Virus record (IMG/VR): IMGVR_UViG_3300028048_000110 | Span: 1-64,000 of that record | Reading direction: 5' to 3' (one strand) | Origin: a virus | Lineage: Duplodnaviria > Caudoviricetes | Length of the DNA: 64,000 nucleotides | Part shown: piece after piece, positions 63,999-64,000 of the stretch | Numbering within the stretch: position 1 is the stretch's first letter | How the letters are laid out: each line of letters begins with the position of its first letter | The notes under the pieces: generated by a model | Databases searched by the model: none | The model's input: the letters and a program-made list of their open reading frames with translations, nothing else | What the model was told of the DNA's origin: nothing | Made by a program: the position numbers and the translations under genes

Positions 63999-64000
63999 CA

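Noticed and set aside
1-64000. Amber suppressor tRNA or other tRNA/rRNA
   Set aside because: No T-loop GTTCRA(A/N)TC cloverleaf was found by eye in the intergenic gaps; tRNAscan-SE/ARAGORN would be decisive, and one may lie elsewhere in the genome.
1-64000. TGA reassignment
   Set aside because: TGA and TAA consistently terminate genes at family-appropriate C-termini, often as ATGA overlaps.

Overview
64 kb of a large T4-like (myovirus-type) jumbo phage genome; the host cannot be identified from this window. Four layers are visible. (1) Dual genetic code: TAG is read as Gln (code-15-like) in late/structural genes, shown by paralogue pairs and conserved motifs where TAG sits at a Gln position. 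The early block (1-22.6 kb) and most replication genes have no internal TAG. The code partition tracks two promoter classes: extended -10 TGRTAVAAT versus T4-late-like RRGTAAATA. Many supplied ORFs between 22.7 and 62.5 kb are therefore fragments of longer genes, which I rebuilt by hand. (2) About 3-18 kb is a tandem array of 30+ small, otherwise divergent ORFs sharing a terminal helix motif (NPFFG)xxS-L-E-E-L-x-I-x-L-D-L. I recognise no described family for it, and it is the best candidate for an undescribed system. (3) Three TnpB-family elements are written in the phage's recoded code and sit behind phage late promoters: a complete IS605-type tnpA/tnpB, a tnpA-less frameshifted relative, and a Zn-finger-less TnpB-like gene. 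(4) A late block encodes an NTase-SleB-LysM fusion, LRR/repeat fibre proteins, a ~9 kb glycan-synthesis cluster and Ser-rich fibres. It is followed by a T4-like replication module (LigA, ThyX, Hsp20, gp32, gp41, UvsX, gp15, gp4, gp61). No tRNA, rRNA or CRISPR array was seen. All homology calls are motif recognition by eye, not database searches.
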